From assembly GCA_038207085.1 (NCBI GenBank), contig JBBRAE010000010.1, positions 1-64,000 of the forward strand: a stretch of 64,000 bases of DNA, in the 5' to 3' direction. Both the position numbers and the translations under genes were made by a program. This stretch comes from Armatimonadota bacterium (GTDB taxonomy: Bacteria > Armatimonadota > UBA5829 > DTLH01). Positions 38,901 through 47,758 of the stretch are shown in pieces (position 1 is the first letter of the stretch; each line of letters begins with the position of its first letter). The notes below the pieces were generated by a model. It searched no databases, was not told where the DNA came from, and saw nothing but the letters and a program-made list of their open reading frames with translations.

Positions 38901-41535
38901 AGTTGGCGACGGTGTTGTAGGCGCAAACCCTGTAGTAGTAGGTCTTTGAAGCGGTCACATAAAGGTCTGCGTAGGTGGAAACCCCAGCGCCGACGCTTGC
39001 GAGATAGGTGAACGGGCCGTTCTCGGCCAGGGATTTTTCGATCCTAAAGCCGGTCTCGTTGCCCGAGTTGTCCTTCCATGACAGATCGACGCGCGTGGCG
39101 GAGGCGGGTGACCCGACCAAGTTGCTTGGAGCAGCCGGGCCGACGCCCGAGGTCATCGCCGAAGCGGTGTTGGAGTAACCCGAAACACCCGCCGCGCCGA
39201 TGGCGCAGACCCGGTAGTAGTAGGTCGAAGCCGACACAAGGCCCGTGTCCGTGTAAGCGACTACTCCTGCGCCAAGTGTCTTCACCTCGACAAAGGGCCC
39301 CGTGGAGCTGGTCGCGCGATCCACCCTGAACCCCGTTTCGCTTGATGAGTTGTCCCACCAGGAAAGGTTGACCGAGTTTGCAGAGACTCCCATCCCCGAC
39401 AGATTGCTCGGCGCAGTTGGAACATTGGGAAGAGTCGTCGCGGAGGCGACGCCCAAATATACGGAGTCACCGCAAGCGTTGGTCGCTCGGACACGGTAGA
39501 AATAAGTAGTCTCAGAAGAGAGCGCTGAGTCAGTGAAGCTTGTTACGCCCGCGCCCACTGTGCTGATCTGGACAAACGGCCCGCCCGCGTTTGTGCCGCG
39601 TTCCACTTTGAACCCGGTCTCATTGGGCGAGTTGTCGCTCCAGCCAAGCAATATCTGAGTGGTCGAAACAGCGCTCGCCGACGGACCTGTCGGTGCATCA
39701 GGAACCGCGCACGGAGTCGTCGCGCTTGCCGTGTTGGAGTAGGTCGAGCGCCCGACGGAGTTCTCCGCTGCGACTCTGTAGAAATAGGTGATCCCAGCAG
39801 CGCACCCGGTGTCCGTGTAGCTCATGACCCCCGCGCCTACATCTGCGACAAACTCGAATGGTCCACCCGAAGCGGCCGCGCGCTCGATGCGAAAACGGGT
39901 TTCGTCTGACGAGTTGTCAAGCCACAAAAGGCCGATCTGGCCGGGCACGGAGGCGCTCGCAGAAAGTCCGCTTGGAGCCATCGGGGCCGTCTGGCCCGTC
40001 GAGGCGCTGGCGATGTTGGTGTAATCCGAACCGCCACCCGCGTTGACCGCGCGCACCCGGTACCGGTAGGGAGTAGACCCGGCAAGCCCGGTGTTGGAAT
40101 AGCTCGATACTCCCGCGCTGACGCTTGCAACGAGCGCAAACTGTCCGGTTGTCCCGATCGCCCGCTCGATCTCAAACCCGGTTTCGTTGTTGGAGTTATC
40201 CGACCACACAAGGTTGATCTGGCTCGTCGAAACAGCCACCGCCTGGAGGCCGCTTGGATCAGCCGGAGGCAAAGCCTGGGTGGTCGCGTTGGCGACGTTG
40301 GAGTAGTACGAGCTGCCGCCCATGTTGTAGGCACAGACTCTGAAGTAGTATCTGGTCCCGGACCCGAGCCCGGTCACAGCCACGTTCTTCGACCCCACAG
40401 GCAGATCGGCGACCTGAGTCCACGGGCCGATCGCGACGGCGGACTGCTCCAGCTTGAACCCTGTCTCATTGTTTGAGGCATCGGTCCAAGTGAGGTTCAC
40501 CTGACTTGCGGAGGCCGCAGCGGCGATCAGGCCAATCGGCGTCGCGGGCTTGGCAACATAGGTGATTACGGTCGCAACGTTGGAATAGCTTGAGTTACCC
40601 GCGGAGTTTACGGCGCGGACTCTGTAGTAAGCACTCGTCATAGAGCCGATTGATGCGTCAATGTAGCCCTTAGAGTCAGCGGCAATGGTCGCAAGCTGTG
40701 CCCAGGGGCCAAGCGATGAACCCGCGCGCTCGACTTTGTAGCTTGCCTCATTGGTTGCGTTGTCTGCCCACGTGAGAGACACCTGACCGGCTGCGACAAG
40801 GCTCCCCGAAAGCCCGGTCGGGGTCGCGGGCGGGCCGGAAAGCGTCCCAATCGCGACTGTATTGGAATAAGATGAAGAGCCGATGCCGTTGTAGGCTGCA
40901 ACTCGATAGAAATACACCGTCGCCGATGAAAGAGCGGTGTCGGTGTAGCTTATGGAATTGGTCTTTGCGGCATATATCTGCGTCCAGGGGCCGTCAGCGC
41001 TCGGTGCGCGTTCGACTCGGAACCCCGTTTCAGTTGAAGCGTTGTCTGTCCAGGCGATCTTGATGCTGCTCGCCGAAAGCGCCGAGCCAACGAGCGAACT
41101 AGGGGCTGCGGGAGGGGTGGTTGGAGAAAACGCCAGAGTTGTCACCAATCGCGCAGTTGAGTCAACCTGCCCACCGGCGTAGATCGCCCTTACCTTTATA
41201 TAGTAGGTGGTGCTGGAGGAGAGCCCGGGCACCGTAGCTTTGGAGTTGCTCGCAGGGCAACTCACATAGTTGTACATAGAACTCGACGACCAGCCGTAAT
41301 AGACACGATACTCGGTGACGCCGGAAAGGCCAAGTGAAGTCCACGACACCGAAACAGAGTTCGATGCGATGGAATCAACAGCAAGATAAATACCAGGCGC
41401 GGCCTGCGCCTGAAGTGAGGTAAAAAGCGATCCGACTACGAAAAGCGCCAGCAAAGCCGCCCGCGCAACCATTGACTGACAGGCGTGTCGAGTCAACAGA
41501 GCGCCGACGCAGGCTTCTCTTTTCCCATTCATCAT
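35995..41535 (-). CDS. Secreted protein with 13 fibronectin type III repeats and C-terminal LVIVD repeats
   Basis: Repeats of APxxL...WxDNSxNETGFxxER...YYYRVxAxN followed by AYxA...LxVVDIxNP repeats. ATG 41535 follows AAGGAGG. Confidence 0.92.
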   Translation of the reverse strand: MMNGKREACVGALLTRHACQSMVARAALLALFVVGSLFTSLQAQAAPGIYLAVDSIASNSVSVSWTSLGLSGVTEYRVYYGWSSSSMYNYVSCPASNSKATVPGLSSSTTYYIKVRAIYAGGQVDSTARLVTTLAFSPTTPPAAPSSLVGSALSASSIKIAWTDNASTETGFRVERAPSADGPWTQIYAAKTNSISYTDTALSSATVYFYRVAAYNGIGSSSYSNTVAIGTLSGPPATPTGLSGSLVAAGQVSLTWADNATNEASYKVERAGSSLGPWAQLATIAADSKGYIDASIGSMTSAYYRVRAVNSAGNSSYSNVATVITYVAKPATPIGLIAAAASASQVNLTWTDASNNETGFKLEQSAVAIGPWTQVADLPVGSKNVAVTGLGSGTRYYFRVCAYNMGGSSYYSNVANATTQALPPADPSGLQAVAVSTSQINLVWSDNSNNETGFEIERAIGTTGQFALVASVSAGVSSYSNTGLAGSTPYRYRVRAVNAGGGSDYTNIASASTGQTAPMAPSGLSASASVPGQIGLLWLDNSSDETRFRIERAAASGGPFEFVADVGAGVMSYTDTGCAAGITYFYRVAAENSVGRSTYSNTASATTPCAVPDAPTGPSASAVSTTQILLGWSDNSPNETGFKVERGTNAGGPFVQISTVGAGVTSFTDSALSSETTYFYRVRATNACGDSVYLGVASATTLPNVPTAPSNLSGMGVSANSVNLSWWDNSSSETGFRVDRATSSTGPFVEVKTLGAGVVAYTDTGLVSASTYYYRVCAIGAAGVSGYSNTASAMTSGVGPAAPSNLVGSPASATRVDLSWKDNSGNETGFRIEKSLAENGPFTYLASVGAGVSTYADLYVTASKTYYYRVCAYNTVANSDYSNTVTVSTITPAPITPSSLVATPLSTSEIKLAWFDGAVGEMGMKIERSASASGPFVEVANVGANTSEWTNSGLVAGTTYYYRVCAYNSGGNSPYSNTASAMTKIPLPAGPTALSAVAVSAGQINLAWADNATNESDYRVERSSSVSGPFVEVATLGAGTVSWSDTGRAAPASYFYRVKAHNSTGDSAYSNVVGANTAIPAPAGLTVISRTEYSLNLVWNPVQASIDGYKIERASAALGPYSQIALVTSPSYSNAGLFEDTTYYYRVSAYNSLGSSSASETFGTTKLKAPSNLTATHISDTEIDLAWVDNSVMETNIVLERSVAGVWSVLVTLPANTTAYSDKTCVHDSYYEYRVKAIGSVSDYSNTLPVQTLSKPLPNPELVGFLSDLGSIGDVTVAGTMAYVASDPFGVVVVDVTNPAAPYVIGSQHPAGPASQIAVSGGVAVAVGTPRGTDIVDVRDPVYPRVATSISGNAVDVATSGNFAYLASGGDLKVVDITNPYSAYVTSTVITPGSAYGVAVSGNRAVIADATKGVSVVDITNPYAPCLLGNVQLTGTAWKAAVSGNTAYVTTSYPVSLVSVDISVPSSPRVLGVIYPCNGAFDVTLSGGYAFLSADASGMFVVDIANPSAMRIVAQYDTSQVRCLPNGCDVKNGKLYTASFGMGLFISDLSNIASLSPVGSAVQTSNAYKIGYSTSANAAVIAGTTRGTEIIDLSTPDYPRVAKTFTERSSDVATSGNFAYLASGGDLKVVDITNPYSAYVTSTVITPGSAYGVAVSGNRAVIADATKGVSVVDISNPYAPRLLGNTQLVGTAWKAAVSGNTAYVTTSYPVSLVSVDISVPSSPRVLGVIYPCNGAFDVTISGGYAFLSADASGMFVVDIANPSAMRIVAQYQTGLINTLPQSCVLQGDFLYIAGGGMGMKVLDIENIEMPRIVGTYNGPGSCQDIAVGGDLIVTADSKSGIGVFTK
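36224..37470. repeat. Near-identical intragenic direct duplication (36224-36705 and 36989-37470, offset 765 bp)
   Basis: Long identical runs at DNA level; encodes a duplicated ~160-aa LVIVD block. Confidence 0.93.
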
Positions 41536-41735
41536 TTGTAAGTGCCTCCTTAAACTACCATTGAGCCACTTAGCTTCACGAAGTCTGGCTTTGCCAAGTA
41601 CGTAGTAACACCTACGGGGATCGTGTGCGCATCCTTGCGGCTTCTCAGTCGTCGCCAAAAATCACATCCGGCCCCATTTCCAGCAAAGCGCTGGATGGAG
41701 CATCTTTGGATGTCCGGCATGCGACCATTTTGTGC

Positions 41736-41764
41736 ATTATAACATGGAGACTTGAACCCCGCAA
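41736..41764 (-). promoter_or_regulatory. Candidate sigma70 promoter for the Fn3/LVIVD gene
   Basis: TTGCGG-17 nt-TATAAT with a TGn extension on the minus strand. Confidence 0.6.
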
Positions 41765-42104
41765 ACTAGCTGTGCTGTATGCACCCATCCTGGATAAAAC
41801 GACTTCTTCAGCTTCCATTTGTGGCTTTTCGCCCGGAAGATCCCAATCCCGTTGTGTTAGTTCGCGCTATAATGCGCCTATTGCATGGTCTTCCGGTTTC
41901 TTTGTTCCACGCACGTCGACGCGCGGTGTCAGTAATAAATACCGGTTTGGGGCAAACACGGTAGCTGTTGGCCGCAATTTTGCCCAATATGCGCTAATTA
42001 ACATAACTATAAACTCTTCTGGTCCGTTATGTCAACATGTGGCATCCTCGTTTAAACCAGGCGACAAAGAAACCCCGGCGCCCTCTGCGACAGGCGTACG
42101 TAAA

Positions 42105-42146
42105 AACGGCGGGCAACCAGTGAATATTCACTGGTTGCCCGCCGTT
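42105..42146 (-). terminator. Terminator of rpsF-ssb-rpsR; perfect 42-bp palindrome
   Basis: AACGGCGGGCAACCAGTGAAT|ATTCACTGGTTGCCCGCCGTT with a T-run on the minus strand. Confidence 0.85.
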
Positions 42147-42162
42147 CTGGTATTGTTACGGC

Positions 42163-42405
42163 TTACTCCGCGGTAAACGGCAGCAGGCAGATTTCCCTTG
42201 AGCGCTTGATTGCGCGGGTCATCGCCCTCTGGTGTGAAGCACAGTTTCCGGTCGTTCGGCGCGGGAGAATTTTCCCACGGTCCGAGACGTATCTTCTGAG
42301 CTTAGAGGCGTTCTTGTAATCGATGAACGTTACTTTATCGACGCAGAACGCGCACACCTTCCGCCTAGGCCTCCGGAACTTACCGGGTTTTCTTGGTGGC
42401 GGCAT
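42163..42405 (-). CDS. rpsR: 30S ribosomal protein S18 (Zn-binding form)
   Basis: Motifs CAFC, IDYKN, GKILPRR and GNCASHQR. Confidence 0.98.
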   Translation of the reverse strand: MPPPRKPGKFRRPRRKVCAFCVDKVTFIDYKNASKLRRYVSDRGKILPRRTTGNCASHQRAMTRAIKRSREICLLPFTAE

Positions 42406-42423
42406 TTCGCGTATCCTCCGTTA

Positions 42424-42849
42424 TTATTCCTCGGCGAACGGGTCGTAGTCCGCCTCACTCTCGTCCGTCGCGGCAGGCACGGGTATGTCACCCACACCAC
42501 CGGGATGCTCGGCTCCCATCTGGTCTTTCGGTCTGTCGAGACCGGTCACGCGTTCTGCGACCACTTCGACAGTATTTCGCTTTGTCCCATCCTGTGCAAC
42601 CCAGCTTCTGGCCTGCAATCTTCCTTCAACGGCAACCAGCCTACCCTTGCCGAGATAATTCGCGGCAAACTCGGCAGACTGCCTCCACGTAACGATATTG
42701 AACCAGTCCGTCTCCGACTCACCAGTCTGCTGAGACTTGAACGGCCTGTTCACGGCAATGCTAAACGTCGCCACTGCGACGCCACTCGGAGTATATCTAA
42801 GCTCCGGATCCCTGCCGACTCTTCCAATAAGTACCACTTGATTCAACAT
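42424..42849 (-). CDS. ssb: Single-stranded DNA-binding protein
   Basis: MLNQVVLIGRVGRDPELRYT, KGRLVAVEGRL and an acidic DPF tail. Confidence 0.98.
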   Translation of the reverse strand: MLNQVVLIGRVGRDPELRYTPSGVAVATFSIAVNRPFKSQQTGESETDWFNIVTWRQSAEFAANYLGKGRLVAVEGRLQARSWVAQDGTKRNTVEVVAERVTGLDRPKDQMGAEHPGGVGDIPVPAATDESEADYDPFAEE

Positions 42850-43093
42850 TATCTAATCCTCCGGATACCAAGTTTATCGCGCACACAAGTGGCAAACAAG
42901 TGCATGCACTCGTTTTCGAGCACCCCGGCGCATTCGCCGACATGCCCACTTGAACACTCAGGTTCATACTAAGAATGGGTAAAACACCGACCTGATGAGA
43001 CTTCGAGCCTCAAGCTGGTTCGGGGTGGACTTTCTTATCAAAAATCGTCAACCCAGTCAAACCGCGCGGACGGCAACTACGTGAAACCAGCGC

Positions 43094-43633
43094 CTATTCT
43101 TCAGGGGCGGGTTCCTCGGTACTTTCGGCGGCCGGAGCTTCCTCTGCAGGAGCTTCAGCGACCTCGGTTTCAGGGGCAGCGGCTTCCTCCGTAGCGGGAG
43201 CCTCAGGGGCTTCAGGAGCCTCTTCTTCTGCAGCCGGGGCCTCAGCCTCGACAACAGGAGCCACCTCAGCAGGCGCTGGCGCCGGCGCGGGTGCAGGTGC
43301 GGGCCTGTTCGCTCGCTCCCTGGCCGCCTCGGCCTGGTGGTTCTCCTCCAGGGTGATCAGATGTCGGAAAACATCTTCTCCGATCTTCATCATCCTGTCG
43401 ACTTCTGCTACAACACCCGCCTCACCGCTGAAGTACATCAAAATATAGACGCCTTCGCGCTGACCCTTGACCTCGTAGGCCAAACGTCGTCTGTCCCACC
43501 GCTCAGCGGAAATTACCTCACCACCAGTTGCAGTCACGACTCCACGGTACTTATCCATGGTAGCCTGAATCTGCTCATCAGTGAAGCTGGGGTCGACGAT
43601 GTAGAGTGTCTCGTACGTTCTTACGATACCTAT
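43094..43633 (-). CDS. rpsF: 30S ribosomal protein S6 with a long Pro/Ala/Glu-rich tail
   Basis: Motifs RTYETLYI, WDRRRLAYEV and EGVYILMYF. The start is ambiguous (ATA 43633 or GTG 43642). Confidence 0.96.
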   Translation of the reverse strand: MGIVRTYETLYIVDPSFTDEQIQATMDKYRGVVTATGGEVISAERWDRRRLAYEVKGQREGVYILMYFSGEAGVVAEVDRMMKIGEDVFRHLITLEENHQAEAARERANRPAPAPAPAPAPAEVAPVVEAEAPAAEEEAPEAPEAPATEEAAAPETEVAEAPAEEAPAAESTEEPAPEE

Positions 43634-43640
43634 CTCGTTC

Positions 43641-43690
43641 ACCTCCCTTCGGGCTAAATGGCCCCGGTTATGCCGGGGCAGGGAGGGCAA
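43641..43690 (-). promoter_or_regulatory. Probable S6:S18 autoregulatory mRNA leader
   Basis: CCTCCC pairs with the GGGAGG Shine-Dalgarno around a GCCCCGG/CCGGGGC stem, with an unpaired CCC just 5' of the SD. Confidence 0.65.
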
Positions 43691-43749
43691 TCGCGCGGAT
43701 AGCCCGCGCCATAACCCTAATTGTGCGTCATTTGTTGAAATGACAGAGT

Positions 43750-43778
43750 ATTATACCACCTCCCCAACAAACGAGCAA
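43750..43778 (-). promoter_or_regulatory. sigma70 promoter of the rpsF operon
   Basis: TTGCTC-17 nt-TATAAT with a TGn extension. Confidence 0.7.
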
Positions 43779-43875
43779 GATGTTTTTCGGAGCGTTATTT
43801 CGACAAATGTCCCTTTACTGCAACGTGTTTGCATGGTACACTGTCTTTACCACGTAATTTTGCGAGGATACTCTT

Positions 43876-44658
43876 TTGACCTCAAACCGCCGACCAAAAA
43901 CCAGAAATAAGGGAGCATCGAAGCTCACAACATTCATCGCTATTGTGACGGTGGTGGTCGGGTTCAGCTACTTCAGCAGGTCCGAAGGGAAGACCAGGCA
44001 CACCGCGACCCAGTACCACACAGCAGGGACACGGCTCATCAAGGTGATAGAGGTCGACCCCGCACTTGTCGACATCCGTGTGGCGCTTGCCAAGAAGGAC
44101 GGAGTCTACGGCGAGTCGTTTTCAGATATGATGGCAAGACTTCACCCCACAGCCGCGATCAACGGCACGCTCTACGGCAAAGACATGCAGCCGCTTGGCG
44201 ATGTGCTTGTAGACGGCAAGATCGAGGTGCGCGGCGGGTACAAAAACGCCCTTGCGATAGGCCGTGACGGCAAACCGACTATTCTCAGGCGCACCCGACG
44301 CACCCGTTTCCCGTGGTCGAACTACAAATACGGAGTAGCGTCTGGCCCAAGGCTCGTTCACGGGGGGAAGATCATGCTTGACCCGGTGGGTGAAGGTTTT
44401 TCCAAGAGGAGTCTATCTATTGAGGCCTGGCGCTGCGGAGTGGGGCTTACAAAGTCCGGGCACGTAGTCCTCGTCACCGCAACCCGTAGCCTTACCCTTG
44501 ATCAGTTCGCCCACGTGATGAAGGACCTCGGAAGCGTCGAAGCGATGAACCTCGACGGCGGCGGCGCGTGCGCGCTCTACCACCGCGGCACAACGCTCGT
44601 ATCCCCCAACCTGCCAATGACGAACGTTATCACAGTATTTGAGAAGAGATCAAAGTAG
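43876..44658 (+). CDS. Phosphodiester glycosidase (NAGPA) family protein
   Basis: N-terminal membrane anchor; motifs AAINGT, GPRLV, RCGVG and AMNLDGGG. Confidence 0.88.
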   Translation: MTSNRRPKTRNKGASKLTTFIAIVTVVVGFSYFSRSEGKTRHTATQYHTAGTRLIKVIEVDPALVDIRVALAKKDGVYGESFSDMMARLHPTAAINGTLYGKDMQPLGDVLVDGKIEVRGGYKNALAIGRDGKPTILRRTRRTRFPWSNYKYGVASGPRLVHGGKIMLDPVGEGFSKRSLSIEAWRCGVGLTKSGHVVLVTATRSLTLDQFAHVMKDLGSVEAMNLDGGGACALYHRGTTLVSPNLPMTNVITVFEKRSK

Positions 44659-44724
44659 AAGAAAGCCCATACGTGGGTAAGGGGCCGGATAAATCCGACC
44701 CCTTGCATTCGTAGCCGCTATAAT

Positions 44725-44931
44725 CTACCAGCGGTTTCGTCCGCCGGAGTTTCTATCGAAACCACCACCGCCGCCGCCCTGGTCGGACTTCTGCGACTTG
44801 CGCACGTCCCGGCACGACTTACAACGGATTGGTTCGCTGAATCCGCGCTCGACGAAAAATGTCTGCTCACCTGCAGTGAACGTAAATTCTCCGCCGCAAT
44901 CGCGGCATACCAGCGTCTTGTCCTCGGCCAC
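44725..44931 (-). CDS. Small zinc-ribbon protein (zf-trcl type)
   Basis: DKTLVCRDCGGEFTFTAGEQTFF...PIRCKSCR with a Gly/Arg-rich tail. Confidence 0.92.
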   Translation of the reverse strand: MAEDKTLVCRDCGGEFTFTAGEQTFFVERGFSEPIRCKSCRDVRKSQKSDQGGGGGGFDRNSGGRNRW

Positions 44932-45237
44932 TTGCTCACCCCCTGAACTGATTGTGAATACCTAACACACCGGACAAAATCGGGCAAGTTCAGAGTGGGG
45001 GGTTGGCTCGTGTACCCTTGGGGACTTGTTACCTTCCGTTTCTCCATTTAAGCCCGAGCTAAAGGGATCTTAATCGACCATCGCCCTTCAGCACATCCGG
45101 CGGTCAAATCTATTATACCGCGTAATCAAGCAAATAAACATGCTTATTTTGCAGAAAAAGGAAAAAATAAAAAATAGGGAGCAAGCGAGAGGTTTGACTA
45201 GCTTCTGGAGTCTGTAGTACGTCCTAAGATTTGTGCA

Positions 45238-45366
45238 GCTCACCCTTCGAGAGCCTCAGGGGGATTGGTATTGGCTTGGGTGGATGTATGTGTGCGACCA
45301 CCAATCTCTCAACTACAGACAAATCCAAAACCCATCACGTTGAGGCTCTCGAAACGTGCGCTCCAC
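45238..45366. repeat. REP-doublet (REPIN-like) element, copy A
   Basis: CACCCTTCGAGAGCCTCAGGG ... CACGTTGAGGCTCTCGAAACGTG; an inverted copy lies at 59246-59376. Confidence 0.85.
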
Positions 45367-45420
45367 CCAAACCCTCGACACAGGCCAATCTCCCCGTAGC
45401 TAATCCCAAGTCCCCAACAA

Positions 45421-46527
45421 TCAACCCCTGAGCCTATAAGGCTTATACGCACAGTAAGGCTCTTCGGTCAGGAAATTCCCCGTCTCCGCGAAAGCTCGAG
45501 CCCTGCAGCCGCCGCAGACACCCTTGAACTCGCACGGGCCGCACTTGCCTTCAAGCTTGTTCTCGTCGCGCAGCACCCTGAAGAGCTCCGAACCGTTCCA
45601 TATCTGAGGAAACGGGGTCTGACGGACGTTGCCCGCGCTCACGGGAAGGTAGCCGCAGGGATAGACGTCCCCCTTCTGGGAGACGAAGCACACCCCGGTG
45701 CCCGCAAGGCAGCCCTTGGTCATCGCCTCGAACCCGTGGGTCTCGGGGGTGATCTTGACCCCTTCCTGGGCCGCGCGCTGTCTCATAATCCTGAAGTAGT
45801 GCGGCGCGCAGGTGGCTTTGAGGCTGAGCGTCGTGGTCTTGGACTGATCGTAGAACCAGTTCAGAATCTCTTCGTACTGGGCCGGGGTGATCATCTCCTC
45901 TTCGGCTATCTCCTTGCCGCAGCCGGTCGGGACGAGCAGGAAAATGTGAAGGGCGACCGCGCCGATCCACTCGGCCAGCGCCTTGATCGATTCGATCTCG
46001 CTGAGATTGCGCTTGGTGATCGAGGTATTGATCTGAAACGGGATCCCCTCGGCCTTAACGTACTCTATGCCCTGGAGCGCCGCTTCAAACGCGCCCACCT
46101 GACCACGAAAGATGTCATGGGTGGCAGCCGACGCGCCGTCCAGGCTCACGCTGATGCGCTGGATGCCGGTTTTCTTCATACTGCGGGCAATCTCAGGGGT
46201 GAGGAGCGTGCCGTTTGTCGCGAGCACCATCTTGAGCCCAAGGTCCGTGCCGTGCTGTGCGATCTCGAAAATATCGGGCCGCACGAGAGGTTCGCCGCCA
46301 GAGATCACGATCACGGGCTTGGCAAAGCTTGCGATCGAGTCGAGCAGGTGCAGCGACTCAGGCGTCGTTAGGTCGTCGGGCGAGCGGAAACCGACCGCGG
46401 ATGCCCTGCAGTGGATGCACTTCAGGTTGCACGCAGCCGTTGTCTCCCAAAATATCAAACGGGGGATGAACTTGTCAGGCATCCCACCGGGCTTTGAGGC
46501 ATGTTCGTGTGAAAGCTTATGTTCCAT
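45421..46527 (-). CDS. ahbD: Radical SAM/SPASM protein, heme b synthase AhbD-like
   Basis: WETTAACNLKCIHCRASA, SGGEPL, KATCAPHYFR, TKGCLAG and the SPASM motif GKCGPCEF..VCGGCRARA. Confidence 0.82.
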   Translation of the reverse strand: MEHKLSHEHASKPGGMPDKFIPRLIFWETTAACNLKCIHCRASAVGFRSPDDLTTPESLHLLDSIASFAKPVIVISGGEPLVRPDIFEIAQHGTDLGLKMVLATNGTLLTPEIARSMKKTGIQRISVSLDGASAATHDIFRGQVGAFEAALQGIEYVKAEGIPFQINTSITKRNLSEIESIKALAEWIGAVALHIFLLVPTGCGKEIAEEEMITPAQYEEILNWFYDQSKTTTLSLKATCAPHYFRIMRQRAAQEGVKITPETHGFEAMTKGCLAGTGVCFVSQKGDVYPCGYLPVSAGNVRQTPFPQIWNGSELFRVLRDENKLEGKCGPCEFKGVCGGCRARAFAETGNFLTEEPYCAYKPYRLRG

Positions 46528-46629
46528 ACAAATAGAATACCTGTTTTCTTCAGATTGCTCAACCGGCCGACACCGGCAGAGCCTGTGCAGCGGCATATAA
46601 CTAAATTACCCCGTAAAGAAGAGCCTGAA

Positions 46630-47631
46630 TCAAGTCATCAGCCGAGTAAGCCCGATAGTAACAATCGCAAGAAAAACAGCGGCGACGCCGATCGCGATAT
46701 ACTCGTCGCGAGAGAGCCGAAAGTGCCTGTAGTTGGCGATGATGACGACCGGCCCCATCAGCACAAGCGCGGGCAATCCCATAGGGGGAAAGCCGGTGAT
46801 GACCGAGAGCATCCCCAGTGTAAGCGCGGGGACTATCAGCCAAAACGTCCGCGCTGGGTTCATCTTCAGCCGGTAAACCGCGCCGAAGAACATCCCGAGG
46901 AATATAAAGTCCGCCGGGCCGATAGTCGCGATCGACCCAAAACCCGTAAGCGACGACGCCGTATCAGGCAGCGACACCGAAACCGCGCTCACTACGTGGG
47001 GGATCTTCTCAAGCGCCCTGGAGGTCGGGCCGACGAGCACCGTCCAAACGTCGATATAGGCCGCAAGCGCCCCAACTGGCAGCACGATGTTGGGATGGCG
47101 CAGGATCAGCGAGACAATGTAGCCAAACGCCGAGGCCGCGAATATCATAAAGAGGTTGGTCGCCGTGCGGACGCGACCGGCGGTTTGGTCAAAGACAAGC
47201 ATCTTGAACCCTATGCTCGAAGGTCGAAGCTCGCCGGTCAGTTTAACCTTTTGGACCTTTGTCACGTGGCCTTTTTTGTCCCGGATGCTCTTGTGAAACG
47301 TGAGATCGGTCTTCTCTGGCCGCGGGCCGGGTTTCACCTTGACCGGGACAGGACCGTACCCCTTCACATCGTAGCGGGCATATCCAGATGTCGAAAACCC
47401 GATCACAGCCGCCCACCCCACAAGAGAGACAAGCATAACAGCGACCGCGACAGCGGGCCTTGGTGTGAGGCTCGCAAACCAGCGACTGATCCCGATCTGG
47501 ACGACCATAAACGCGCCGATAAGCCCCGCAAGAGCCAAATACCCCGGCACCCGCAGATACGGCGCGGCAAACATCAGGCCAAGATAGGTTGTGCAACTTA
47601 GAACCAGGTAGACGATTCGCCGGTCTTTCAT
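46630..47631 (-). CDS. Polytopic membrane protein resembling presenilin/signal peptide peptidase (A22)
   Basis: Multiple transmembrane segments with ordered motifs AYIDVWTV, IGPADFIF and GLPAL. ATG 47631 follows GGAGGGG. Confidence 0.6.
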   Translation of the reverse strand: MKDRRIVYLVLSCTTYLGLMFAAPYLRVPGYLALAGLIGAFMVVQIGISRWFASLTPRPAVAVAVMLVSLVGWAAVIGFSTSGYARYDVKGYGPVPVKVKPGPRPEKTDLTFHKSIRDKKGHVTKVQKVKLTGELRPSSIGFKMLVFDQTAGRVRTATNLFMIFAASAFGYIVSLILRHPNIVLPVGALAAYIDVWTVLVGPTSRALEKIPHVVSAVSVSLPDTASSLTGFGSIATIGPADFIFLGMFFGAVYRLKMNPARTFWLIVPALTLGMLSVITGFPPMGLPALVLMGPVVIIANYRHFRLSRDEYIAIGVAAVFLAIVTIGLTRLMT

Positions 47632-47654
47632 ATCCCCTCCGAGTGCTCGGGACT

Positions 47655-47683
47655 TTGACAATATTATAGCACTATAATAGAAT
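47655..47683 (+). promoter_or_regulatory. sigma70 promoter for the ANTAR regulator, with an internal palindrome
   Basis: TTGACA-17 nt-TAGAAT; the spacer contains TATTATAG-CA-CTATAATA. Confidence 0.65.
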
Positions 47684-47758
47684 AGACGCGGATAGCGCTC
47701 GGCAGATAACGTCGAGACGGTGGCGCAGCTTTTTCTCGTTTGGCGGAGGTTTACATAA

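Noticed and set aside
41625..42100. ORF 41625-42176 or an RNA gene in the AT-rich gap
   Set aside because: No protein motifs and no tRNA-like or other recognisable RNA structure; it looks like promoter-containing intergenic DNA.
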